Notes: generated by a model from the sequence alone, not told the origin. A stretch of 55,096 bases of DNA from an uncultured Staphylococcaceae bacterium (GCA_964495145.1 CAZBUP010000001.1:1-55096); one strand, 5' to 3'; shown: positions 7,979 to 16,946, counted from the first letter of the stretch. Program-made: numbers and translations.

Positions 7979-9363
7979 CCGATATGAACAAAGCCAAAAT
8001 CGAACATTATAAGAAGCAATATGGCGGCCTATTGGCCTTCTTGGTCATCGAATTATTGTTTTTCACGAGCTTGAATCTGGCTAACTATGGCATCTTATTC
8101 CGCTACCTATCCATCGTCTTGGCCGCAGCCTTGATTCCCATCACCATGCTGAAGTACCGCCAAGAGGATTGGCTCAACGTCGCTTTGGCGTTCATCCTGC
8201 CGTTATTCGCCTATGGGGCCTTCATGGCGTTTTCGCCCCTTTATTTGATTTTGCAATCAATTGTCGACAACATTGCCATGGTCTTGTCGCTGATTGCCTT
8301 TTTGTTGATTGGCATATCGATGGCCCACAACGAGGAGTTCCAGATTCAAAAAGGCCTGTCCGCCATTGTCGGGGGTTTGGCCGTTTTGTTGGTAATCGGG
8401 CTCGTGTACACCATGTGGCGCTACACATTCTTCTATGTCCTGCGCTATCAGGGCATGAACCTATATTTTGATGGAGAAGCCTATCTCGTTTCCAATGAAG
8501 CCAAGTGGTTGTTTGGTTTTGAATTCCACGAAGTCAAACTGGCGTATTTTGCCAATTATGGCATCTTCCTCACGCCGTTGCTTTTGGGATTGTTGTTCGT
8601 CCGGTTCAAGAACCTCAAAAAACTTGATCTGGTATGGATCGTTTCCGGGGCGATCGGACTTATCTCATTATTACTGCTGCCGGATTTCGGCGCTTTGAAA
8701 TTCGTTATACCAGCCGTGCTGATTGCGGCCGCGGTTCGGTTTTTGCCACCCAATCCGATTACCAAGAAAGTCGTTTTTTACGGTTTGATCGCCGGTGGCG
8801 CCCTTTTCTCGCTGGCGGCCGTTTTCCTGCTGCTTTACGCATTTGAAGTGCCTTTTGCAGTGAATTTGGTAACCAATAACGCGATATTCAACCGAGTTTT
8901 TGGAAATTCAGTCGTTCAAGGATATGCCGAAGTGATTCAGGCCGCGATTGAACACCCATTCGGCGGCTTGCATTCGGTCATCGTCAACGCGAGTTTCATT
9001 GAAACGACCCGCAGCTCATTCTTCGACACTTTGTATCAAGGCGGCATTTTGGCGACTTTTGGCTATTTGGCTTTCATGGCATTCAGCGGTGTTCACCTCG
9101 TTAGGTATTATCGCCGAAGCAGTGATCCGCGCCATATCAAAATGCTATTAATCCTATTCGTGGCCACCCATGTTTTCACGACGTTGTTCCGCTATGAATA
9201 CGCGCCTTTCGTTCGAGAGAACCAACGCCTTTACAAGATTCCGTTCTTCTCGGATCTCGTGACGTTGCTCGATGTGTTCTTGGTCGGGTACGCTTACCGT
9301 CAGGGTCACGTATCCAAGCCAAATAAAAACGAAGCCGCGCTGGCTTCGCCGATCATCGACTGA
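7966..9363 (+). CDS. Polytopic membrane protein, Wzy/O-antigen-polymerase-or-ligase-like
   Basis: About 10-12 hydrophobic segments with a central larger loop, in a glycan-locus context. An alternative ATG lies at 7984. Confidence 0.45.
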   Translation: MLLVTDMNKAKIEHYKKQYGGLLAFLVIELLFFTSLNLANYGILFRYLSIVLAAALIPITMLKYRQEDWLNVALAFILPLFAYGAFMAFSPLYLILQSIVDNIAMVLSLIAFLLIGISMAHNEEFQIQKGLSAIVGGLAVLLVIGLVYTMWRYTFFYVLRYQGMNLYFDGEAYLVSNEAKWLFGFEFHEVKLAYFANYGIFLTPLLLGLLFVRFKNLKKLDLVWIVSGAIGLISLLLLPDFGALKFVIPAVLIAAAVRFLPPNPITKKVVFYGLIAGGALFSLAAVFLLLYAFEVPFAVNLVTNNAIFNRVFGNSVVQGYAEVIQAAIEHPFGGLHSVIVNASFIETTRSSFFDTLYQGGILATFGYLAFMAFSGVHLVRYYRRSSDPRHIKMLLILFVATHVFTTLFRYEYAPFVRENQRLYKIPFFSDLVTLLDVFLVGYAYRQGHVSKPNKNEAALASPIID

Positions 9364-9374
9364 TCAATACTTCT

Positions 9375-10169
9375 TTAAGCCCAGACGCTTTTGGGCAGCA
9401 TCAATTCGTATAGGAATATGGCCGTGTAGTCATGGTTGCTATTTTCGGCCGCGGCATCAAGGATGTCGTAGGTGACGCTGACGGCGGTGGCGCCGGTCAA
9501 TGACGGGGCCCCGGCCACATCTTCAAAATAGAACCCATAAAATTGCGGAAAGTCGCTTCGACGCACCCCGGCCACCTCGAACGTGAATTCGTGTTTGACA
9601 TATTGGGAGTCGGTCGGGACATAGAAGGACAAGCGGACGCGCAGATCGGTGATGTAAACGCCGCCGAGGTAAGTGTCGGCCCCCGCTTTAAGATATAGAC
9701 CGACGTGATTTAAGCTCGATATGGTTTTTGGAAAGAGGTAGCCGAACCCGGATTCCCGAAGTTGAAGCCGGCTTTTGCTGATGCGGACGGCGTCGCTGCA
9801 ATGGAGGATGCCGTCAAATAGTTTGCTTTCGAAGCCGTATTTGACATCAGGCAGCGTTAAGGACAGTTTCTTGGTGGTCGCATAGATCTCGTCGTTTACT
9901 TCTCGAGCTCCGGTGCCGTCGTTATAATAGCGGTCGGCCGTTTTGAGGTTGGACACGCCCTCGATCACGTCTTCGGAAGCGACGGGGTAACTATGGCTGG
10001 CGGCGATGCGCTCCGGACTCAATTCGGTTTGCAAAACCGTGTCTTCATACATGTTGTCGGCAAAAATGTCAGTATGGTAGGTGTTTCGGTCCAAGGCCAA
10101 AGCGACGTCTTGGCCGCAGGATGTCAAGGCGATTAAGGCGATGCCGATCAGAAGGTGTTTCGTTTTCAT
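9375..10169 (-). CDS. Lipoprotein of unknown function (about 264 aa)
   Basis: Signal peptide MKTKHLLIGIALIALTSC with lipobox L-T-S-C. The ATG at 10169-10167 overlaps the upstream TGA (ATGA), which supports this start over the longer ORF. Confidence 0.75.
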   Translation of the reverse strand: MKTKHLLIGIALIALTSCGQDVALALDRNTYHTDIFADNMYEDTVLQTELSPERIAASHSYPVASEDVIEGVSNLKTADRYYNDGTGAREVNDEIYATTKKLSLTLPDVKYGFESKLFDGILHCSDAVRISKSRLQLRESGFGYLFPKTISSLNHVGLYLKAGADTYLGGVYITDLRVRLSFYVPTDSQYVKHEFTFEVAGVRRSDFPQFYGFYFEDVAGAPSLTGATAVSVTYDILDAAAENSNHDYTAIFLYELMLPKSVWA

Positions 10170-11083
10170 TTTCGTTGGTTCAGGTACTTGGAGATGTCGA
10201 GCCAAGCCCCCATTTGGAAGTCGACTTGGTCCTCGTCGAGTATGAGGGTGCCTTTCGCGGGCGTAAACGTCATCTCGTTAAACATTATTTTACCATCAAT
10301 CTGATAGAGGTCAACGCGGACAAAGGGGAATGGGGCGGCCAGCTTTTCGGCGAGGGCTACCATTTCATCGAAATTGTCTGGGCGCGCTATCGTGAAATCG
10401 GCTTTGCGCCAGCCATTGAACTGGCTGCCGTCGAACGGCGTCCAATCAATCAGGAAATTGGTATAACGGATGTCTTCTCCCCGTCCGGTCACCACGTACA
10501 AGTTGCGGGCGCGTCCGTTGAAGACGTGGATTTTGTATTCGATCGGCAGGTGCTTGCCCTGGCCGAGGTAGCGTTCGACCAAAACCCGAGGGACGATCGG
10601 GCTATAATGCCGCTCCATGGTCAAGCGTCCGTAATCGGTTTTGAGCCACTTGTCGAAACGAGCCTTAAGGTTTTCTTGGTCCAGGGTCGCCTTATCGACG
10701 ACGATTTGGTTATATCCGCAGGCATGGCTGCATTTGAGCACGAACGATTGCGGCAGATTGGAAAAGTCGATGTCTTCCACACGGTCATAATGACCGTAAG
10801 CGGGGACCAAATAGCGTTCCAACCCCAATTCCTTGAGATGATCGCGAACCCCGACTCGATCGGTGCAACGGATGGCCAATGGATCCTTGGGATAGACAAA
10901 CAGGCGCAGGAATTGAAGTTTTTCGGTATATCGGACCGGATGTCTCAAGTGAAGAGGGTGCCGCGTCAAATAACGGTATTGCCAGCGGACGTAGCCGACC
11001 GGAAACAAAACGCGGATGAAAACGCGCATCGGGGCGAACATGCGTTGGGTCAGCGGCGATAATTTGCGGAACTTCGGGTTCAT
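10166..11083 (-). CDS. TupA-like ATP-grasp enzyme (teichuronopeptide/capsule-type)
   Basis: FVLKCSHACGYNQIV, EYKIHVFNGR and VRVDLY blocks are typical of the ATPgrasp_TupA family, and the gene sits in a glycan locus. Confidence 0.6.
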   Translation of the reverse strand: MNPKFRKLSPLTQRMFAPMRVFIRVLFPVGYVRWQYRYLTRHPLHLRHPVRYTEKLQFLRLFVYPKDPLAIRCTDRVGVRDHLKELGLERYLVPAYGHYDRVEDIDFSNLPQSFVLKCSHACGYNQIVVDKATLDQENLKARFDKWLKTDYGRLTMERHYSPIVPRVLVERYLGQGKHLPIEYKIHVFNGRARNLYVVTGRGEDIRYTNFLIDWTPFDGSQFNGWRKADFTIARPDNFDEMVALAEKLAAPFPFVRVDLYQIDGKIMFNEMTFTPAKGTLILDEDQVDFQMGAWLDISKYLNQRK

Positions 11084-11182
11084 ATGGTAATCATTATACG
11101 GCTTTGAGGGTTAAGCGACTTTAAATGTTCTTTGTTTTGGCACTATCAAAATAATACTAGCAAGATTAAACTATTAAGTACT

Positions 11183-12370
11183 ATGAAAATCCTTGCCGTT
11201 TGTCAATTTTATTACCCGGAAAATTTCACGATCACACCATTGATGCGCGATTTGGTCGCCCATGGCCACCAAGTCACGGTGGTGACCGGCCGTCCTAACG
11301 CCGGATTAGGCCGAATCGCTCCCGAATATCGCCGCCGTCCATTTGAAATCATCGACGGGGTAAAAGTCCATCGCTTGCCAATCCTCTCCCGGAAGAAAGG
11401 CAAGTTGTCGTTGATCGCCAATTACTTTTCCTATTATTTTTTGGCGCGGGCTTTTGTTCGCCGGCATCAAGGCGACTATGACGTCGTCTTTGCCATGAGC
11501 CTGTCCCCGGTCATCTCGATGGTGCCGGCACTCGATTACGCCAAACGCCATCATAAACCCTGCCTGCTTTACTGCGTCGACATTTGGCCGGAATCGGTTC
11601 TCTACACCAATAACGCCAAGCCAAATTCCTGGGTTCATCGCTGGTTAACCCGCTGGTCCCGGCAAATATACCAAGCATCCGATCGGCTTGTGGTCGGTTC
11701 TCCTTCCTACCTCGAATACATGGAACGCGAACACGGAATTCCCCGTGCCAAGATGGATTTATTATTGCAACCGGCCTTGAACGAAAGCATAAACGTGCCT
11801 CCGCTTGATCATGGCCCGGGCATCCACATCGTCTACATCGGCAATTTGGGACAGGTCCAGTTGCTCGATGAGCTGCTGGAAGCCGTGAAAATGATCAATA
11901 ACCCGAATTTGCACGTCCATATCGTGGGTAGCGGATCAGCCCGTGATCGCCTCGAGGCCACCATCAAAAGCGAGAATTTGTCGGCAAACGTCCACATGTA
12001 TGGCTCCCGTTCCATCCATGAAGCGGTGGCTTTCATCCCTGACGCCGATGCCCTCTTGGTGCCTTTGAAGGCAGGCGGATACGTCGGAAGGACCATTCCC
12101 AATAAGCTCGTGACCTACATGGGTTACGGACGTCCAATCCTTGGAGCATTGACCGGCGATGGCTGCGCTTTATTGGAAGAAGCCGGCGGGGGTATCCTGG
12201 TCGATCCTTCAGTATCTGGTCTCGTTGAAGGAATCAACCGGGTCACGACATTGACCGAAGAAGAAAAAAGCGCGCTGGGAGCGCGTAATTTTGCGTATTT
12301 CAAGGAACATCTGACTTTGGAAATAGTCGGCCGGCGCCTCGAATCTTATTTAAGCGAACTGGTGAAATGA
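11183..12370 (+). CDS. GT4-family glycosyltransferase (WbuB/WcaI-like)
   Basis: N-terminus MKILAVCQFYYPE and a C-terminal Glycos_transf_1-like region. The listed ORF begins at a TTG at 11132, but the ATG at 11183 gives the canonical N-terminus. Confidence 0.75.
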   Translation: MKILAVCQFYYPENFTITPLMRDLVAHGHQVTVVTGRPNAGLGRIAPEYRRRPFEIIDGVKVHRLPILSRKKGKLSLIANYFSYYFLARAFVRRHQGDYDVVFAMSLSPVISMVPALDYAKRHHKPCLLYCVDIWPESVLYTNNAKPNSWVHRWLTRWSRQIYQASDRLVVGSPSYLEYMEREHGIPRAKMDLLLQPALNESINVPPLDHGPGIHIVYIGNLGQVQLLDELLEAVKMINNPNLHVHIVGSGSARDRLEATIKSENLSANVHMYGSRSIHEAVAFIPDADALLVPLKAGGYVGRTIPNKLVTYMGYGRPILGALTGDGCALLEEAGGGILVDPSVSGLVEGINRVTTLTEEEKSALGARNFAYFKEHLTLEIVGRRLESYLSELVK

Positions 12371-13497
12371 ACTAAAAATTCGCCGACAGCGGCCATCCCC
12401 AGTTGGGTCAGGGCCGTTTCTTTGGCCGTCAAGGCCATTTTTATTTTGGTGGCTTCGTCGAGTTTAAAAGCGCCATTCATGGCTTCGGTCAACGCGTCGA
12501 CGGAACCGTTTCCGGCCCATAGGACGTCATGTTCGAATAGGCGGACCAAACATGGGTGGCGGGTCGACACCGTCAATTTCCCGCTGGTCAGATACTCGAA
12601 GAATTTGCTGGGAATCGAATAGTCGTCGAGCGTCGAATCGGTCGGTCGCGGGTTGATGTTGAAAATCGCAGACGATTCCAGTTCCCGGACTTCTCGAGCC
12701 GATCGTTGACCCAGGTAATGGATGCGCCCATCTTGGCGCGAAGCCTTCACAACGGCTTCATCGGGACCGTGACCGGCAATCAGCAAGTCGACGTCTTGAT
12801 CTATTTTGGAAAAGGCTTCGAGTAACCTAGTTACTCCATAACGTTCATGAAGGGCTCCCGCGAAAAAGACATAGGGACGTTTTGGAGTATTTCCGGTGGC
12901 CGAAAATTCATCCACGAGTCCCGGCAGGATAATCGAAGGTCGCTTCGGGATGTTTACCAAGGCATTCAACGCCGGGGTCAAAGTGATGAAAGCGTCGAAG
13001 CGACGCATGCCTTTTAGGCTGGACCGAACCCACGTCGGCGAAACGCCCGTCAATAAAGCGGGATTGTCGGTGACGATACCGATCGTCTTGATGCCGTATC
13101 GGCATTGGATGCGTTTGGCCAAGCGACGCAAGGTGGTGTTCATGGAATCGACTATTAGCAGCGGTTTTTCCTTGTTATCGCTTGAGATCAATCGACTGAT
13201 TGTTCGATAACCGTGACCGATGACAAGAAGTTGCTTTAGAAATGGCATATTGTATATCGGTAAATATGCATAAGTGATGCCTTGGTTCGTTTTGGTTTCC
13301 TCCGGCAAGTAAAGCGGGCGGCAGTACCGTGGCAAAGGTCGATAAGAAACGACCGTGGTTTGATGGTGAATGGCAAAAGCCGTGATCAGCTTTTGGTGGA
13401 AGTTTTGGTTGCTGGGGTTAGCCTTGACCGGTAAACGATCGCTTAAAGCGGCAAAATCGGATTCGGCCATGGCCGTGGTCAAATAAACGATTTTCAC
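12346..13497 (-). CDS. GT1/GT4-family glycosyltransferase
   Basis: C-terminal Glycos_transf_1-like PSKFFEYLTSG block. The GTG at 13497-13495 overlaps the upstream TGA (GTGA). Confidence 0.7.
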   Translation of the reverse strand: MKIVYLTTAMAESDFAALSDRLPVKANPSNQNFHQKLITAFAIHHQTTVVSYRPLPRYCRPLYLPEETKTNQGITYAYLPIYNMPFLKQLLVIGHGYRTISRLISSDNKEKPLLIVDSMNTTLRRLAKRIQCRYGIKTIGIVTDNPALLTGVSPTWVRSSLKGMRRFDAFITLTPALNALVNIPKRPSIILPGLVDEFSATGNTPKRPYVFFAGALHERYGVTRLLEAFSKIDQDVDLLIAGHGPDEAVVKASRQDGRIHYLGQRSAREVRELESSAIFNINPRPTDSTLDDYSIPSKFFEYLTSGKLTVSTRHPCLVRLFEHDVLWAGNGSVDALTEAMNGAFKLDEATKIKMALTAKETALTQLGMAAVGEFLVHFTSSLK

Positions 13498-14585
13498 TTG
13501 ACGAGAGTCCTCAAGGCGGCCAAATGCTGGGCGACCATGGTTTCGATCGTGAAAGAGGCGGCGGTGTCCAGGCAAGCTCGGCGCATGTTATGGGCTTGGA
13601 CGCGGTCAATCGCCTGGTTGATGGCGGCTTCGTCTTCGGGTTCGACCACAAAGCCGTTATGTCCGTCTTTCAACAGATGGCGGGCTGCGATGACGCGGGC
13701 CGAACCGATGACCGGGGTGCCTTGGGAAAGGGCTTCGTTGACGACATGGCCGTAAATGTCTTCTTTGCTCAAGATGATGAAGGCTTCGGCATGGGCCATG
13801 AAATTCAAGAGATCCTCATGGCGTTGATAGCCGACCAAATGGACGTTGTTTAATCGGTTTTTTTCAATGAAACGCCGATACTTGGCTTCTTCAGGACCGG
13901 ATCCGATTAAGACTAAATGGTTATCGTGGGAACGTTGGGCCCACAGCGAAAGCAGTAGGACATTATTCTTGCGGGGAACGAATTGCCCGGCGCTTAAAAG
14001 GACGTTGTCTTGCGGGATGCCCAAGTGTTTCCAAAACGCGATTTTTCGTTCTTGGCTGATCGTCTCTTGCGACAATTCGCGATGAAACACGGTCGCATAA
14101 GGATAGCGGATGATGGACTTGGGATTCGCCCCGTAGTGAATCAAGTAATCGTCGACTTGGGGCGCCGGGGAAAAGTATTTTTCCGCCCGACTGATTAAGC
14201 GCGTCTTGAGACGGTGCCGCCAAGGCGGATCTTGATGGACCACTCCGCCGTTGACGTAAAGGACATAGGGTTGACGCGTACGCTGGAGATAATTGATCGT
14301 CATGATTTCCGTTAGCGAGGAATAACCGTTCATGATGATCAAATCATAGTGGTTATGCTTTAAATGGCGGATTAGTTCTCGGGAAAAGTGGTTTTCGGCT
14401 CCCAGGTTTAAGCCCCTTAGAAAAATCGTCTTGAAACCATAGTTGGTTCGATCGTAGAAGTACGGATGGCGGAAACCGCTGGCGTGGCGTTCGAAAACGA
14501 CCGTCAGATCCATGTGCGGGGCCAAACCGTTGAACAAATCGATTTTATAGGGGGCTGGATGGGCGAAAACGAAGATGACTTTCAT
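13494..14585 (-). CDS. GT4-family glycosyltransferase
   Basis: MKVIFVFAHP N-terminus and YGHVVNEALSQGTPVIGS (E-x7-E-like region). The listed ORF begins at a TTG at 14594. Confidence 0.75.
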   Translation of the reverse strand: MKVIFVFAHPAPYKIDLFNGLAPHMDLTVVFERHASGFRHPYFYDRTNYGFKTIFLRGLNLGAENHFSRELIRHLKHNHYDLIIMNGYSSLTEIMTINYLQRTRQPYVLYVNGGVVHQDPPWRHRLKTRLISRAEKYFSPAPQVDDYLIHYGANPKSIIRYPYATVFHRELSQETISQERKIAFWKHLGIPQDNVLLSAGQFVPRKNNVLLLSLWAQRSHDNHLVLIGSGPEEAKYRRFIEKNRLNNVHLVGYQRHEDLLNFMAHAEAFIILSKEDIYGHVVNEALSQGTPVIGSARVIAARHLLKDGHNGFVVEPEDEAAINQAIDRVQAHNMRRACLDTAASFTIETMVAQHLAALRTLVK

Positions 14586-14653
14586 GGTTTGCAATGCGAG
14601 TTAATTATATACATTATTAGTGAAATAAAGAATTACAATGTAAAATAAATCAT

Positions 14654-15343
14654 ATGAATCCAACTTTCACCGACTGGGATACTTTTTTCAAAAGCGAGAA
14701 TCGAGAAGCATATTCGGCGTCGCTCCATCAGTTTCTGAATGAAGAATACGCCCACCACACGGTTTATCCCCCGCGTCCTTTGATGTTCGACGCTTTCAAG
14801 AAGACGCCGCTAGACCAAGTCAAGGCGGTCATCATCGGCCAAGACCCCTACCATGAGCCGGGCCAAGCCATGGGTCTCTGCTTTTCGGTGCCCAAAGGGA
14901 TTCCCCTACCGATGAGCCTCATCAATATTTATAAAGAGTTGGAAAGCGATCTTCCCATCGTCATGGACTACCAATCGGGCGATTTGACTTTTTGGGCCGA
15001 ACAAGGGGTGCTCCTCTTGAACGCCTATCTCACGGTCCGGCGCGGCGAGCCGCTCAGCCACCGCCATCCCGGTTACGAAACCTTTTTTAGGCATGTGATT
15101 GAAACCTTGAACGACAGCCCTAAGCCGATTGTTTTCTTATTGTGGGGATCGTTCGCCCGCGGCTATAAAAAACATTTGACCAATCCGCACCATTTAATTT
15201 TGGAGGCGGTTCACCCCTCGCCTTTGGCCGCCAATCGCGGCGGTTGGTTTGGAAACCGACATTTCTCGCGCACTAACGCCTTCTTGATTCAAAACGGGCT
15301 CAGCCCAATTCAATGGCAAAACCGTAGTCAATCATCGCGATAG
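14654..15343 (+). CDS. ung: Uracil-DNA glycosylase, family 1
   Basis: GQDPYH water-activating motif and the HPSPL leucine-loop motif. Length is 229 aa. Confidence 0.95.
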   Translation: MNPTFTDWDTFFKSENREAYSASLHQFLNEEYAHHTVYPPRPLMFDAFKKTPLDQVKAVIIGQDPYHEPGQAMGLCFSVPKGIPLPMSLINIYKELESDLPIVMDYQSGDLTFWAEQGVLLLNAYLTVRRGEPLSHRHPGYETFFRHVIETLNDSPKPIVFLLWGSFARGYKKHLTNPHHLILEAVHPSPLAANRGGWFGNRHFSRTNAFLIQNGLSPIQWQNRSQSSR

Positions 15344-15353
15344 TTGCTATAAT
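15325..15353 (+). promoter_or_regulatory. Promoter of the TPP riboswitch-thiT unit
   Basis: -35 TAGTCA, a 17-nt spacer ending in TGc, and -10 TATAAT (15348-15353). The predicted TSS lies just before the aptamer. Confidence 0.55.
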
Positions 15354-15361
15354 TTAATTAC

Positions 15362-15443
15362 GGGAGCTGTGGGAGCACGGCTGAGAGGATGACCAATCCG
15401 TCATCGACCGAACCTGATCTAGGTAATGCTAGCGTAGGTAGCG
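15362..15443 (+). promoter_or_regulatory. TPP (THI-box) riboswitch aptamer
   Basis: GGGAGC...CUGAGA...ACCGAACCUGAUCUAGGUAAUGCUAGCGUAGG matches the THI-element consensus, and it lies upstream of a thiamine transporter gene. Confidence 0.9.
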
Positions 15444-15467
15444 ATCCTTGCTAGCCAAGGATTTTTT
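15444..15467 (+). terminator. Riboswitch expression-platform terminator
   Basis: ATCCTTG-CTAGC-CAAGGAT hairpin followed by TTTTTT. SD TAGGAG and the ATG follow. Confidence 0.7.
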
Positions 15468-15482
15468 ATTTAGGAGCGCCTC

Positions 15483-16049
15483 ATGAAAAAATTCAAATTG
15501 ACGATACGCGAAATCGCTGAAATCGCCATGTTGGTCTCGTTGGCCGTCTTGTTGGACCGGGATGGATTCAAGATTCGCCTCGGGGCCCAAAGCGGTTCCC
15601 TGTCTTTGACGATGGTGCCGCTTTTGGTCCTGGCCCTGCGCCACGGTTTCGTGAAAGGTTTCATCGGCATCGGCGTCATCTATGGCCTGTTGACCAATTT
15701 GCTCGATGGCTACGGATTCATCACGTTCCCGCTTGATTATTTGTTGGCCTATGGCTCGCTATCGCTGGTCGCCTTGTGGCGTCCGGCTTTAAATCGAACA
15801 TATCGGCATCCAATCGTCAATTATTTGTATTTGACGCTGGCCATCGTCAGCGCGGTGACCGTCCGTTACGCTTTCCACGTCGTCTCGGGGATGGTCATCT
15901 ACGAAGTCGATTTTCTCGGTTCGCTGTCGTATAACGCCATCTTCGTGATCCTGCCGCCCCTAAGCATCACCTTGCCGGCGATGTGGCTTTTGTGGGAACC
16001 TTTGAAACGCATCAACCTCCGCTACCCGGTTAGTGAACATTTAGCCTAA
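15483..16049 (+). CDS. thiT: Thiamine transporter ThiT (ECF S component)
   Basis: A 188-aa six-TM protein with an ECF-S-like N-terminus, lying directly behind the TPP riboswitch. Confidence 0.75.
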   Translation: MKKFKLTIREIAEIAMLVSLAVLLDRDGFKIRLGAQSGSLSLTMVPLLVLALRHGFVKGFIGIGVIYGLLTNLLDGYGFITFPLDYLLAYGSLSLVALWRPALNRTYRHPIVNYLYLTLAIVSAVTVRYAFHVVSGMVIYEVDFLGSLSYNAIFVILPPLSITLPAMWLLWEPLKRINLRYPVSEHLA

Positions 16050-16946
16050 ATGTGCTATATTAAGCGCATTATGGAACCATTAATCATTTTGTTAGAAGCC
16101 AAACGGAAACAATTCATCAAGTTGTTCAAGACCACCAAACTGATCAACAACATCGTTTTGGTCATCATCATCCTCGGCATGGGGGCGGCTTTCCTCTGGC
16201 TCATGGAATTGAACATGAACCTGGCTTTGATCCTCGTCGGCGTCTTGATTGCGGCCTTATTCCTATATTCCCGATTCGCCAAGGCATTCTTAGGCAAGCA
16301 AGCCTACAAATACATCTTCGATTACTATCGGACTTTGGCTGACTACTATTACCGTGAACCGGATTTCCTTGAACGGGACATTCAAGAACAAGCCGGTTTC
16401 GACCTCGAGGAATTCCGTTCGCTCAAGGTTTTGAAAAACGAATACGGAATCGTCTCTCGGAACACGGTTTTCGCCCGATTCGATCAACGCCAGTTTTCGG
16501 CCAGCGATGCCGGCGTGCGCGTGAACAAGGACCAAAAGATCGACGTCGCCTTCTTCGGGCGCATCTTCAGAATCGAACTCGACCACGCCTTTGACGATCA
16601 CCTGATTATCCACCGCCGCCTCCGTAAGGAAGGACCGTGGCCCGAAGGTTTGGCCGATTTTAAGACAGTCGAAGAGCGAGACGATTACCTCGTCGTTTCC
16701 GAAAGCGGCAGCCTTGCTTCATCGATAAAGAAAGACTTGATCAAAAAGCTCCAATCTTTCGTATTGGACGATTATTTGTCGGACGTCACCCTCGTGATTG
16801 CCGGATCCCGGGCTTATCTACTCATGTCTTATGCCGACGCGGTCATGAACGTCGTTTATGAACAACCCGTCGACGCCGCCGCCATGAAACGCTTCGAAGA
16901 CGATCTCGAATCGATTAAAGATTTGATTACTTATCTTCCTAATTAA
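16050..16946 (+). CDS. Membrane-anchored protein of unknown function (DUF3137-like)
   Basis: An N-terminal two-TM hairpin and a soluble domain of about 210 aa. The ATG directly abuts the thiT TAA. An alternative ATG lies at 16071. The family call is tentative. Confidence 0.6.
   Translation: MCYIKRIMEPLIILLEAKRKQFIKLFKTTKLINNIVLVIIILGMGAAFLWLMELNMNLALILVGVLIAALFLYSRFAKAFLGKQAYKYIFDYYRTLADYYYREPDFLERDIQEQAGFDLEEFRSLKVLKNEYGIVSRNTVFARFDQRQFSASDAGVRVNKDQKIDVAFFGRIFRIELDHAFDDHLIIHRRLRKEGPWPEGLADFKTVEERDDYLVVSESGSLASSIKKDLIKKLQSFVLDDYLSDVTLVIAGSRAYLLMSYADAVMNVVYEQPVDAAAMKRFEDDLESIKDLITYLPN

Noticed and set aside
10121-11062. A 313-aa ORF antisense to the TupA-like gene. Likewise 6123-7001 lies opposite patatin-2, and 279-1049 lies opposite the GH13 gene.
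   Set aside because: The same codon-register artefact applies. The sense-strand products carry clear family motifs, while the antisense products have none and lack SD or promoter context.
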